Counted from the stretch's first letter, positions 9,284 to 18,441 are shown. The stretch: 64,000 nucleotides of DNA from Syntrophus aciditrophicus (GCA_020726025.1 DYTH01000001.1:102-64101), one strand, 5' to 3'. Translations and numbers: made by a program. The notes: generated by a model from the sequence alone, not told the origin.

Positions 9284-11586
9284 TAAGCTGGGAAGAACCT
9301 TTCTATCTTAAATTAAGGCGCGTCAGGAACTATCTGTCAGGGTTACTTATTCCGCTGCTGACCGTCTGCGGTTTTCTTGCCTCTCCGCTGCACTTTATTG
9401 GATGCGCCTTCATTTTTTCAGGGATATTGACTGGTATGTCTTATTACAGCCAGCTCATTGAAAAAAAAGAGATTCAGGAAAAAATAGAGATTCAGGGAGA
9501 CACCGCCAGTCGTCTCCTCGATCAGATTATCGAAAGTTATGAGAATTCGGTGCTCGTTCAGGAGACAGGTCAGGCGTTATCGAATACGCTGGACATCGAC
9601 AGATTTCTCGAAGTTATTAAAGATACACTGGAAAAAAGACTGAACTTCGATCGCGGGATGATCATGCTTGCCAACTTTGACAGGACAGAACTTACCTTCG
9701 CTGCCGGATATGGATACACGCCTGAACTGGAAAACGTTCTCCATAGAACCTTTCATCTGGACAACCCGGACTCCCCGGGGCCTTTCGTCAGTGCCTTCGT
9801 TAAAGGCATTCCTGTACTTATCCATGATATTAATGATATAAAACATAACTTCTCGCCACGGGGAATGGAATTTTCCGAAAAATTGGGCGCCAATTCCTTT
9901 ATCTGTGTTCCCATTGTTTATGAGGGCATTTCCCAGGGAATTCTCGCGGTGGACAATCACAAATCCAGCCGACCGCTCGGCCAGAGCGGGGTCAATATGC
10001 TGATGGGTATTGCCACACAAATAGCAATCAGCCTCAATAACGCGAAGAACCACCGTAAACTCAAGGAAAGCGAGGAGCGTTTCCGCGCCCTGAGCGAAAA
10101 CTCGCCTGATATCATCTACACGGTTGACAACAGGGCCGTGATTACCTGCGTCAACCCGGCGTTAAAGGAAACACTTGGCTACGCTCCGGAAGATATTCTC
10201 GGAAAGCCCTTAATCGACATCGTCAAAAAAGAGGACGTCGCCATCTTTACCGAGCTATTTGAAAAAGTCATGCAGGAATCGGAAACAGTACAACATTTTA
10301 ATATAAAACTATTGACCAGAAAAGGCAGGGAGCTTCTGTTCAATATAAGCGCCGCGCCTAATATCAACGGCGCGGGAGAAATGACAGGAATAGTTGGAAC
10401 ACTGAAAGATGTAACCGAACAGCGCCGACTTGAGGAGCAACTCAAGCATAACTCGAAAATGACCGCCGTTGGTCATCTGACAGGTGGCATTGCCCATGAT
10501 TTTAATAACATTTTGCAGGCTATTGGCTCTTATACAGAGCTTTTGCGGCTCCATAATCATGAAAATGCATCGGAGGAAGCCAAAAAGTACATAAGCAATA
10601 TACAGGAACTAACAGGCAGGGGCGCCGATCTTGTCAGACAGATGATGATGTTCAGCAGAAAGGCGGAAAGCAAGCTTTGTCCGCTGGATTTAAACAGGGA
10701 GATCAAAAATTGTTCAGAACTTCTCCATGGCGCTTTACCCAAGTCTATTTCAATAAAATACGTGCTTGCCGATGACCTGAAGCCTGTCAATGGAGATTCG
10801 GGACAAATAGGACAGGTGATCGTTAATCTGGCAGTAAACGCGAAGGATGCCATGCCCGATGGGGGGATTCTGGAAATTGAGACAAGAAATGCAGATATTG
10901 TAAAACCGCTTGACCATTCTTCGGTAAAAATACCCTCCGGTCGTTACGTTGTTTTACGCGTTTCCGATGCCGGTTCAGGGATAGAACAAAAGGCGCTGGA
11001 ACATATTTTCGAGCCTTTTTTTACCACCAAGGAGATCGGCAAGGGAACAGGGATCGGGCTTGCCGTTGTTTATGGTGTTATCAAAAACCACGGCGGCTAC
11101 ATCTTTTGCAACAGCGAAGTTGGCAAGGGGACGACGTTTGAATTCTATCTGCCCGCTGTTGACGCTCCCGTCGTTCTTTTAGAAAATGAAAATATTCCAT
11201 CCGTTGAGAAGGGGGGCGGGGAAACGATTCTTCTCGTTGATGACGAGGATGCGCTTCTTGAAACCGGCCAGGAACTCCTTTCTCTTTCAGGATACACCGT
11301 TCTTACCGCCGCTTCCGGAGAAGAGGCGCTGGATGTGCTCCGGGAGAATGGAGAAAAGGTGGATCTTATGATCATGGATGTGATGATGCCCGGTATGGGG
11401 GGAAGCAAGTGTCTCCAGGAGGTGTTGAAAATATATCCTGAAATGAAGGTGATTATGGCGAGCGGCTTTATTGAAAACGAAAAAAAGAGGACGATTCTGA
11501 ATACAGGGGCGGTTGGGTTCATCAAAAAACCATACAGAATAAATGATCTTAACGAGAAAATAAGGGAGGTGTTTGAGAAAGTATAG
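9274..11586 (+). CDS. Hybrid sensor histidine kinase (2 TM - GAF - PAS - HisKA - HATPase - REC)
   Basis: Hydrophobic hairpin at aa 20-55. GAF-like region ending ...ICVPIVYEGISQGILAVDN. PAS (SPDIIYTVDN...). H-box GGIAHDFNNIL and G-box GTGIGLAVVYG. C-terminal receiver ILLVDDE...MDVMMPGMGG. GTG start at 9274 if independent. Confidence 0.85.
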   Translation: MYIVSWEEPFYLKLRRVRNYLSGLLIPLLTVCGFLASPLHFIGCAFIFSGILTGMSYYSQLIEKKEIQEKIEIQGDTASRLLDQIIESYENSVLVQETGQALSNTLDIDRFLEVIKDTLEKRLNFDRGMIMLANFDRTELTFAAGYGYTPELENVLHRTFHLDNPDSPGPFVSAFVKGIPVLIHDINDIKHNFSPRGMEFSEKLGANSFICVPIVYEGISQGILAVDNHKSSRPLGQSGVNMLMGIATQIAISLNNAKNHRKLKESEERFRALSENSPDIIYTVDNRAVITCVNPALKETLGYAPEDILGKPLIDIVKKEDVAIFTELFEKVMQESETVQHFNIKLLTRKGRELLFNISAAPNINGAGEMTGIVGTLKDVTEQRRLEEQLKHNSKMTAVGHLTGGIAHDFNNILQAIGSYTELLRLHNHENASEEAKKYISNIQELTGRGADLVRQMMMFSRKAESKLCPLDLNREIKNCSELLHGALPKSISIKYVLADDLKPVNGDSGQIGQVIVNLAVNAKDAMPDGGILEIETRNADIVKPLDHSSVKIPSGRYVVLRVSDAGSGIEQKALEHIFEPFFTTKEIGKGTGIGLAVVYGVIKNHGGYIFCNSEVGKGTTFEFYLPAVDAPVVLLENENIPSVEKGGGETILLVDDEDALLETGQELLSLSGYTVLTAASGEEALDVLRENGEKVDLMIMDVMMPGMGGSKCLQEVLKIYPEMKVIMASGFIENEKKRTILNTGAVGFIKKPYRINDLNEKIREVFEKV

Positions 11587-11714
11587 CAAACTGCCTTGTT
11601 ATAGTCCACTCCTGAAATTTTGTTTGGTATTTCTTGATTTTCCTCCGCGATTCTTTTATAGGTAGCCATAGTAAATTCTTCATCAGTGATCCATCGTGAT
11701 TTTGGAGGCATGCT

Positions 11715-14417
11715 ATGCCGCTTGTCGCTTTTTATTTTCAACTCCACCAGCCCTTCAGACTCCATCCCGACGGGGAGAAATTTCTCTGGGAAGAACAAAA
11801 CAAAGAGATATTTCTCAAGGTTGCCGATAAATGCTATCTTCCCGCCGTGCGGATGTTTACCACGCTTGTCAAGGAAAATCCGCTCTTCAAGATAGCCCTG
11901 GGATTGTCGGGAACATTTTTGGAACAGGCAGAACAGTACCGTCCTGAGGTTATTGGCGCCCTTCAGGAATTGAACGACGCAAGTGCGGCCAACGGTCAGC
12001 TTGAGATTCTCGACGAAACCTATTACCACTCCCTGACCAGCCTTTTTGCCGACCCGAAAAAAAAGGAATTCCGGGCGCAGATACTGCTCCATCGGGAGTT
12101 GATCAAACGATTATTCGGCATTTTCCCCACCTCGTTTCGCAACACCGAACTCATGTACAATAATGAAATCGCATCTGTTGTTGCGGAGATGGGGTACAGG
12201 GCGATGCTCTGTGAAAAACGCAACGACATGTACAATCGCGAAGGGGAGACGATTTCGCCCAACACCGTTTTCCGTGCCCGGAATTCCAGCATGATCGTCA
12301 TTCCCCGCAACCGCGAGCTGAGCGACGACATTGCGTTCAGATTTCCGCATAGTCCCATTACGCCTGATAAGTACGCATCTTACCTGTCGCTGATCGACGG
12401 CGAGGTCGTGCTGCTCGGCTATGATTTTGAACATATCGGCGAGCATATCTGGGAAGAGTCGGGCATTTTTGATTTCTGGCGGGGACTCCCCGAGGCCCTG
12501 AGCCACCATTCCAACGTCGTTGTTTCTACCCCAACGGAAATAGCATGCCATTTTCAGGACGTTCCCTGTCCGATCGTCGATATTCACGGCCTGTCGACGT
12601 CCTCATGGGCCGATGCCGGGCGCGACACCTTCGGCTGGCTTGGCAATCCCACCCAGTATGAACTCTTTCGCGACATAGAAGAACTGGAAAAGGGCGCCAA
12701 GAGGGCAGGGGGGGATCTTCTCAAGAGGTGGAGGCATCTTACAACTTCGGATCATGTCTATTTTCTCCACGAAAATATTGGCGAGGACCATGCCGTTCAC
12801 GCCTATTTCAACCCTTATGGCGGGTCGATTGCCCAGCCAACCCATATTCTCACCCGGAAGATCGACAAGCTCGATGTTGCTGTAAAGCGGTTCCATGTCA
12901 TCAAGAAAAAGGAAAAGACGGCCATTCTGATTATTTCGCCGGAAACGGGGAGACTGCCCGAAGACATGGGCGCCCTTGCCCGGTTCATCTCCGGGAAAAG
13001 CGGCGGTCAGGGAGAGGTTGTCTCCGCGTTATGCGAGGGGCTTACCGAGCGCGGGATCGAGGTTCATCTTGCCATCCTGAATCTCAAAAAGAGATTTCAG
13101 CGGGAATTGCAGATGAGCGAGATGCAGTGGCGGGAGGTTCGCTACCGGATCGATCCGGAAAACATCCATCTGATCAGCTCCTCGCTATTCGCCGACTTTT
13201 CCAGCGCCTACGGGGGGAATCCGGTCGAGACAGCCGCCGAGTTTCAGAAGGAAATCGTGAAGAATGTGATCAAAACGGTGCGCGCCCACTCGGAAAACAG
13301 GCTGATCATCCACACGCACGACTGGATGGCGGGCGGGGCCATTCCGGCCTATGCGAAGGCCACGGGACTGCCTGTTCTGCACACCGTCCACAACATCTTC
13401 ACCTCGTTGATCCCGCTGCATCTCATGGATGGAATAGACATAGACCGTATGTCCGACATGCTTTATCTTTCTGAAAAGGATGGAAACCCGGCCCTCGACG
13501 CCCAGGCGACAGCGATAAAGAATGCGACCATGATTAACTTTGTCGGCGAGCGTTTTTTACACGAGGTTGTCGAAGATTATTTCATGGACCGGAATCTTGT
13601 CCCTCCCAGCGTACGCAATGAGGTCAAGGAGAAGTTCCGGTACGGCGCGGCCAGGGCGATCATCAATGCCCCTTCGTCGCTTATGTACCCGGAAAATTGC
13701 GAGGCGCTGGTAAAAAAGTATGGCCCGGACGACGATGTTCTGGAGGCCAAAAAGGAAAACAAACTGGAATTCCAGAAAAGAATGGGGCTGAACGTCGATC
13801 CCGATGCGATTCTGCTCTACTGGCCGGCCCGTCTCGACGCATTTCAGAAGGGGGTGGAGCTGATCGAGGCGATTGTTCTGAATTTTATCGGGAAACATCA
13901 CGATGTTCAGTTTGCCTTCGTCGCGGATGGAATCGGCAACGACAGAACCCATGTTGACATTCTGGGCGGCATCGCCTGGGGATCCGGAGGGAGGATAGCG
14001 TACAGGGGTTTTGATGAAGAGTTGTCGCTTCTGGGCTATGCCGCGGCAAATGATGTCTTCGGGGCTTCTCTTTATGAACCGTGCGGGCAGATTGACCAGG
14101 TCGGCAACATTTTCGGGGCAACCGCCACGAACCGCGACACGGGCGGCTATCACGATAAAATCCATGAACTTCGAGTTAAGGACGACGGCTGCCTGCTTGA
14201 TTTCGGCAACGGCTTTCTTTTTCAGCACTACGACGCGGGCGGACTCTGGTACGCCCTTGAAAAAACCGTGGCTTTTCACAGGCGACCGGCTGAAATACGA
14301 ACGCGGCAAATTGTCCGGATTATGCGGGCAGCACGGGAGCGCTACAGTCTTGGTCACATGGTTGCCGAGTATATCGCCATCTACGAAAAACTCAACGGAG
14401 ACCGCCCGCTCCTTTAG
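11715..14417 (+). CDS. Fusion protein: GH57 glycoside hydrolase domain (aa 1 to ~395) plus glycogen/starch synthase-like GT domain (aa ~402-900)
   Basis: GH57 conserved regions: FQLHQPFR, GQLEILDETYYH, FRNTELMY (Glu nucleophile position), GYDFEHIGEH (Asp position). GT half: ILIISPE...KSGGQGEVVSAL, resembling the GlgA KTGGLADV motif, plus HTHDWMAG. SD GGAGG sits 8 nt upstream. Confidence 0.75.
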   Translation: MPLVAFYFQLHQPFRLHPDGEKFLWEEQNKEIFLKVADKCYLPAVRMFTTLVKENPLFKIALGLSGTFLEQAEQYRPEVIGALQELNDASAANGQLEILDETYYHSLTSLFADPKKKEFRAQILLHRELIKRLFGIFPTSFRNTELMYNNEIASVVAEMGYRAMLCEKRNDMYNREGETISPNTVFRARNSSMIVIPRNRELSDDIAFRFPHSPITPDKYASYLSLIDGEVVLLGYDFEHIGEHIWEESGIFDFWRGLPEALSHHSNVVVSTPTEIACHFQDVPCPIVDIHGLSTSSWADAGRDTFGWLGNPTQYELFRDIEELEKGAKRAGGDLLKRWRHLTTSDHVYFLHENIGEDHAVHAYFNPYGGSIAQPTHILTRKIDKLDVAVKRFHVIKKKEKTAILIISPETGRLPEDMGALARFISGKSGGQGEVVSALCEGLTERGIEVHLAILNLKKRFQRELQMSEMQWREVRYRIDPENIHLISSSLFADFSSAYGGNPVETAAEFQKEIVKNVIKTVRAHSENRLIIHTHDWMAGGAIPAYAKATGLPVLHTVHNIFTSLIPLHLMDGIDIDRMSDMLYLSEKDGNPALDAQATAIKNATMINFVGERFLHEVVEDYFMDRNLVPPSVRNEVKEKFRYGAARAIINAPSSLMYPENCEALVKKYGPDDDVLEAKKENKLEFQKRMGLNVDPDAILLYWPARLDAFQKGVELIEAIVLNFIGKHHDVQFAFVADGIGNDRTHVDILGGIAWGSGGRIAYRGFDEELSLLGYAAANDVFGASLYEPCGQIDQVGNIFGATATNRDTGGYHDKIHELRVKDDGCLLDFGNGFLFQHYDAGGLWYALEKTVAFHRRPAEIRTRQIVRIMRAARERYSLGHMVAEYIAIYEKLNGDRPLL

Positions 14418-14484
14418 CCGCCAAAAACGTTGGGTCGCGCCTTTTGGGCGGCATGATCTTTTGGGGAAAGTCCCGATGAAGTTC

Positions 14485-14513
14485 TTGACACCCCAGCCAG
14501 GAAAGAATATAGA
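14485..14513 (+). promoter_or_regulatory. Sigma70-type promoter candidate for tRNA-Leu
   Basis: TTGACA - 17 nt - TATAGA, ending 18 nt before the mature tRNA 5' end. Confidence 0.55.
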
Positions 14514-14531
14514 CGTCAACCTCAACAAGGC

Positions 14532-14619
14532 GCCTGGGTGGCGGAACTGGTAGACGCAAGGGACTTAAAATCCCTCGATCCTTGTGGTTGTGCGGGTTCG
14601 ATTCCCGCCCCAGGCACCA
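14532..14619 (+). tRNA. tRNA-Leu (anticodon UAA), class II with long variable arm, encoded CCA
   Basis: Cloverleaf folded by hand. Acceptor GCCTGGG/CCCAGGC. Anticodon stem AGGGA/TCCCT with loop CTTAAAA. T arm GCGGG-TTCGATT-CCCGC. Discriminator A followed by CCA. Confidence 0.9.
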
Positions 14620-14775
14620 TTTTGATATCTGTTTTGTTTTTGCCATAAGCAATGCCCGAGTTTCCTTCCACAGACTTTTTATTTTTTTCATCCTTCGTCG
14701 CTCCGCCGTCCGGCAGGGAGGTTTTATGGAAATGAAAATTGATGAGCTCGTCAAAAGTCAAAAATGTCCAAGAAA

Positions 14776-14876
14776 CGTCATTCCGGTGAAAACCGGAAAG
14801 CGAAGCTTAATGTTCATAATCCAGAGATTTCAACGCGTTACATAAACACTGGACACCGGTTTTCACCGGTGTGACG
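14776..14876. repeat. REP/MITE-like element: 21-bp inverted arms flanking a ~59-nt core
   Basis: Left arm CGTCATTCCGGTGAAAACCGG (14776-14796). Right arm CCGGTTTTCACCGGTGTGACG (14856-14876). The arms are complementary at 19 of 21 positions. The right arm supplies the spurious GTG 'start' (MTTFYESIN) of the MFS ORF. Confidence 0.7.
14800..14820 (+). repeat. Single copy of the 21-nt dispersed unit (GCGAAGCTTAATGTTCATAAT), nested inside the inverted-repeat element
   Basis: Matches unit 3 of the rimI array at 20 of 21 positions. Confidence 0.9.
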
Positions 14877-14912
14877 ACTTTTTACGAGAGCATCAACAAT
14901 GGAGCCGGAGAA

Positions 14913-16256
14913 ATGCGCGACAAGACGACTGTTCCCGAAGGCTACCTGTTTTCAAGATCCTACACCAGTTATCTGTTCATCCTGCTTTGGCTTCTCTATT
15001 TTTTCGACTATGTTGACAGGATGGCCGTTGTGTCGATCTTTCCCTTTCTGAAAACCGAATGGGGACTGAGCGACGCCCAGTGCGGCGCGATGGTTTCCGC
15101 CGTTTACTGGGCGATTGTTCTTTTTTCGTTTCCCGTCTCAATCCTCGTGGATCGCTGGAGCCGAAAAAAGAGCATCGGGATCATGGCCGTCTTGTGGAGT
15201 CTGGCGACGGCGGCCTGCGCGATCACCAGAAATTTCAGCCAGTTGTTTGCCGTACGGGCCGCCATCGGCCTGGGGGAGGCGGGTTATGCGCCGGGCGGTA
15301 CGGCCATGATATCGGCCATCTACCCGCAAAAGAGACGGGCCTCGATGGTGGGAATCTGGAATTCTTCCATACCGCTGGGGATGGCGGCGGGAATCGTTCT
15401 CGGCGGAGTGATCGCCTCCCACTGGGGATGGCGCCATGTCTTCGGAATCGTTGCGCTTCCCGGCTTGATCATCGCCGTGCTGTTTTTTTTCACCAGAGAC
15501 TACAAGACGGTTCAACTGAGCAAACACTCTGAAAATCCAGAAAACAGCGACAGCCTTCCCGAGACAGGGCGGATGACGAAAAAGGAAATAGCGCGCTCTT
15601 TCCTGGGTACGCCATCGCTCCTTCTGACCTATTTCGGCTTTGCCGGAATGATGTTTACCTCGATATCGATGTCAACCTTTTTGCCGACATATTTTCAAAG
15701 GGTGCAGGGTTTTCCTCTTCAGAAGGCCACCCTTCTGGCAAGCGGCATCATGCTGACCTCCATCATCGGTTCGCCGCTCGGCGGCTGGCTTTCCGATCTC
15801 TGGATGAAAAAAAGAACAGACGCCCGTCTTCTGCTCCCCGCCATTTCCGCCATCTTGACGACAGTTTTCTTCATTGCCGGTTTTCATTTCATGAAAAACG
15901 GGATACTCCAGTACATCGTTTTTCTGTTTGCCGGAGTTGCTTCCATCGCGTGGGCCTCGTCGGCCATTTCGGTCACCCAGGACGTCGTCCATCCCGGGCT
16001 GCGGGCCGTCTCCTATTCTCTGTGCGTTGTCGTTCAGAATCTTCTCGGAAGTTCCCTGGGTCCCATTGTTACGGGGATGCTTTCCGATCGCTACGGAATT
16101 AAATCGGCGCTGACTTTAGCCAGTGCGATGGCGCTCATCTCATTTCTTCTTTTCTATCTGGGTTCAAGGTATTACGAAAGAGACTTAAACAAGGTTGTTA
16201 AGGTTTCACTGATGCCTGAAGATGCGCCTGTCACGCGAAGGCAGTTAAACGGCTAA
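14913..16256 (+). CDS. MFS transporter (12 TM)
   Basis: Motif-A-like DRWSRKK between TM2 and TM3, hydrophobic throughout. The start is moved from the ORF-track 14871 to ATG 14913 because the first 14 codons lie in the repeat element. Confidence 0.75.
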   Translation: MRDKTTVPEGYLFSRSYTSYLFILLWLLYFFDYVDRMAVVSIFPFLKTEWGLSDAQCGAMVSAVYWAIVLFSFPVSILVDRWSRKKSIGIMAVLWSLATAACAITRNFSQLFAVRAAIGLGEAGYAPGGTAMISAIYPQKRRASMVGIWNSSIPLGMAAGIVLGGVIASHWGWRHVFGIVALPGLIIAVLFFFTRDYKTVQLSKHSENPENSDSLPETGRMTKKEIARSFLGTPSLLLTYFGFAGMMFTSISMSTFLPTYFQRVQGFPLQKATLLASGIMLTSIIGSPLGGWLSDLWMKKRTDARLLLPAISAILTTVFFIAGFHFMKNGILQYIVFLFAGVASIAWASSAISVTQDVVHPGLRAVSYSLCVVVQNLLGSSLGPIVTGMLSDRYGIKSALTLASAMALISFLLFYLGSRYYERDLNKVVKVSLMPEDAPVTRRQLNG

Positions 16257-16287
16257 AGTATTTTATTAAGGAAAGGACGAAGAATTC

Positions 16288-17295
16288 ATGCCCTCGATTT
16301 ACACATCTGAGGGACAATCACCGGATGCATTACGCCGTTTGCTCGATATGTTTCCGAAAACATTCAACAATGGCGACAGGATCGGAATCAAGCTGCACTG
16401 GGGAGAAAGGGGAAACGAGAATTTCATCCGCCCGATGTATGCGCGGGAAATCGTTCGCTGGCTGAAGGAAAAGGGCGCAAACCCGTATGTTTTTGACACG
16501 ACGGTTCTCTATTCCGGCGGAAGGAGAAACGGCGCCGACAGCCTCAAAACCGCCGCCGAACACGGCTTCACCGAGGAGTTTCTCGGCTGCCCCGTTCTGA
16601 TTGGAGACGGTCTGGACGGGAGGGACGTCATAGATATTCCCAGTGTCGGAAGGCATTTTGATACGGTGCAAGTGGTCGGCATCATGGAAAAGACAGACGG
16701 TTTTGTCGTTTTTTCACACTTCAAGGGGCACATGGAGGCCTCTTTCGGGGGTTCGATCAAGAACGTCTCGATGGGAATGGCGTCGCGCGCCCAGAAACAG
16801 CGGATGCACTCCGACGCCCATCCGGTTCTGATCGAAAAACGGTGCATCCGTTGCGGGATATGCCGGGAGGTCTGCCCGGTCGGCGCCGTCACGATGGAGG
16901 AGGACCGCTTCCCCGCCTACGACCTCGACGTCTGCATCGGCTGCGCGCAGTGCATCGCCCATTGCCCGCAGACGGCCCTGAAAATATTCTGGGAAACGGA
17001 CATCTCCGTTTTTCAGGAAAAGCTGGTAGAGACGGCCGCGTCTGTCTGGAAAAGAATCGGGCCCCAATCCATCGTCATTAACGCGTTGATTCAAATCGTG
17101 TCCGAATGCGACTGCATGGCGGGAAATCACCCCCCGCTTTCGGGCGATTACGGTTTTGTCGGTGGATACAACCCGGCTGTTGTGGATGAGGAATCGATGA
17201 ACATCGTCGGCGCTGACAAATTTGACGCAGCGCACCCCGGCATTCCCTGGCGGCGCCAGTTCAGTTATGCCCGTGAAATCGGTTTATTCGCGTGA
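16288..17295 (+). CDS. DUF362-family iron-sulfur protein with inserted 2x[4Fe-4S] ferredoxin domain
   Basis: Two CxxCxxCxxxCP motifs (CIRCGICREVCP, CIGCAQCIAHCP). The flanking regions resemble DUF362 (IGIKLHWGE..., FSHFKGH). Confidence 0.65.
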   Translation: MPSIYTSEGQSPDALRRLLDMFPKTFNNGDRIGIKLHWGERGNENFIRPMYAREIVRWLKEKGANPYVFDTTVLYSGGRRNGADSLKTAAEHGFTEEFLGCPVLIGDGLDGRDVIDIPSVGRHFDTVQVVGIMEKTDGFVVFSHFKGHMEASFGGSIKNVSMGMASRAQKQRMHSDAHPVLIEKRCIRCGICREVCPVGAVTMEEDRFPAYDLDVCIGCAQCIAHCPQTALKIFWETDISVFQEKLVETAASVWKRIGPQSIVINALIQIVSECDCMAGNHPPLSGDYGFVGGYNPAVVDEESMNIVGADKFDAAHPGIPWRRQFSYAREIGLFA

Positions 17296-17331
17296 AATAA
17301 ATCCTGTGCATGCGGATGATTTTTTACCACG

Positions 17332-17637
17332 ATGGAGGATCTGATCGGAAAGTCGAAAAAATATCCTGGCGCCGAGCACAAAGGCAGAGGTCGGGGTTAC
17401 AACAAATCGGCGCTGGTGATTGTGGATGAGGTTGGTTATACTCCGATCGACAGAGAGGAATGCAATCTCTTTTTCAGATTCATTGCCAATCGTTACGAGA
17501 CGGCCAGCTCAATAATCACATCCAACAAAGCCTTCTCTGACTGGACCGAACTATTCCATGATCCGGTCATTGTCACGGCATTTCTGGACCGCCTTCACAG
17601 GGAGACGAGAAAACGGGTCCGTTCCATGAATGCCTGA
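17332..17637 (+). pseudogene. IstB-like (IS21-family helper ATPase) C-terminal fragment
   Basis: LVIVDEVGYTPIDREECNLFFRFIANRYETASSIITSNKAFSDWTELFHDPVIVTAFLDRL matches the Walker B-to-C-terminal part of IstB. There is no Walker A or N-terminal half, and the tail diverges after LDRLH. Confidence 0.75.
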
Positions 17638-17813
17638 TGATGGAGGTTTTCTCCTGTTTTGGAAAAGGCGCTTTTCGTGAGAATGGATATCAAAACATCT
17701 TTACGGATCTCACGCAGCATCTCTGCCCTTTACATCTGCCGCCTCCCCAGGCGACGTCAGCAAACCGGACAGATTGTGTGCTACAAAACCGGACAAATCA
17801 CGAATCACTGACA
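17332..17813 (+). mobile_element. IS21-family right-end remnant (truncated istB plus terminal repeats)
   Basis: Direct repeats AAACCGGACA at 17762-17771 and 17786-17795, then ...CACTGACA (complement TGTCAGTG), compatible with a TG...CA terminus. No istA is present and no left end is visible. Confidence 0.5.
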
Positions 17814-17830
17814 CAGCAATAAAAAAGTAC

Positions 17831-17898
17831 TTGACCAATTGCCACTTAAGACCTAAAATATGACCATAATTTATCTTAAAATTAAACTCATTATGGTG
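17831..17898 (+). promoter_or_regulatory. Toxin-antitoxin promoter (TTGACC - 17 nt - TAAAAT) with a downstream 8-bp inverted repeat as candidate operator
   Basis: -35 at 17831-17836 and -10 at 17854-17859. Inverted repeat ACCATAAT (17863-17870) / ATTATGGT (17890-17897), just before the ATG at 17904. Confidence 0.55.
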
Positions 17899-17903
17899 TA
17901 AAC

Positions 17904-18155
17904 ATGAAAACCGTTCTAGCAAATTGCTCAGCAAGTATCTCCGAATTAAAAAAGAATCCCAGTGCCCTTATTGACCAGGCAGAGGGTGAACCTGTAGCCA
18001 TTCTGAATCATAACAGACCGACGGCATATCTCATTCCGGCTGAAACTTATGAGCAACTTTTGGAAAAACTCGAGGACCATCAACTTGGCCTGATTGTAAA
18101 AGAAAGGCAAAATGAAAAAATTTCTGCCATTGAAGTGAATGTTGATGAATTATAA
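17904..18155 (+). CDS. Type II antitoxin, Phd/YefM (StbD-like) family
   Basis: 83 aa. ISELKKNPSALIDQAEGEPVAILNHNRPTAYLIPAETYEQLLE is the typical Phd/YefM N-terminal fold signature. It overlaps the toxin gene. Confidence 0.8.
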   Translation: MKTVLANCSASISELKKNPSALIDQAEGEPVAILNHNRPTAYLIPAETYEQLLEKLEDHQLGLIVKERQNEKISAIEVNVDEL

Positions 18156-18441
18156 ATACAAGCTCAAATTTCTTCCCACAGCCCTTAAGGAATGGGAAAA
18201 ACTCGACGGCTCCATTCAGTCGCAATTTAAGAAAAAATTAAAGGAACGCCTCCAGGAGCCACATATCAAAGCGAGCCAGCTTTCAGGCTTTGAGAACCAC
18301 TACAAAATAAAATTGAGAGCAAGCGGATATCGCCTTGTTTATGAGGTAATCGACCAGGAAATATGTGTTATGGTTATTGCAGTTGGGAAAAGAGACAAAG
18401 GCGAAGTTTACAGGCAAGCTCAACAAAGAACCAAAAAATAA
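18139..18441 (+). CDS. Type II toxin, RelE/ParE (StbE-like) family
   Basis: 100 aa with YKIKLRASGYRLVYEVIDQEICVMVIAVGKRDKGEVY. It overlaps the antitoxin stop by 17 nt. Confidence 0.8.
   Translation: MLMNYKYKLKFLPTALKEWEKLDGSIQSQFKKKLKERLQEPHIKASQLSGFENHYKIKLRASGYRLVYEVIDQEICVMVIAVGKRDKGEVYRQAQQRTKK

Noticed and set aside
11145-12092. 315-aa minus-strand ORF bridging the kinase 3' end, the intergenic gap and the GH57 5' end.
   Set aside because: It crosses a spacer that contains the GGAGG SD of the plus-strand GH57 gene. The Ser/Phe/Ile-rich sequence resembles no family. Both overlapped plus-strand genes are well supported.
14582-14912. 87-aa ORF after tRNA-Leu, and the first 14 codons (MTTFYESINNGAGE) of the ORF-track MFS gene.
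   Set aside because: Both are read-throughs of the inverted-repeat element (...VIPVKTG... / ...TFYESIN...). The MFS gene has a proper ATG at 14913 preceded by GGAG.
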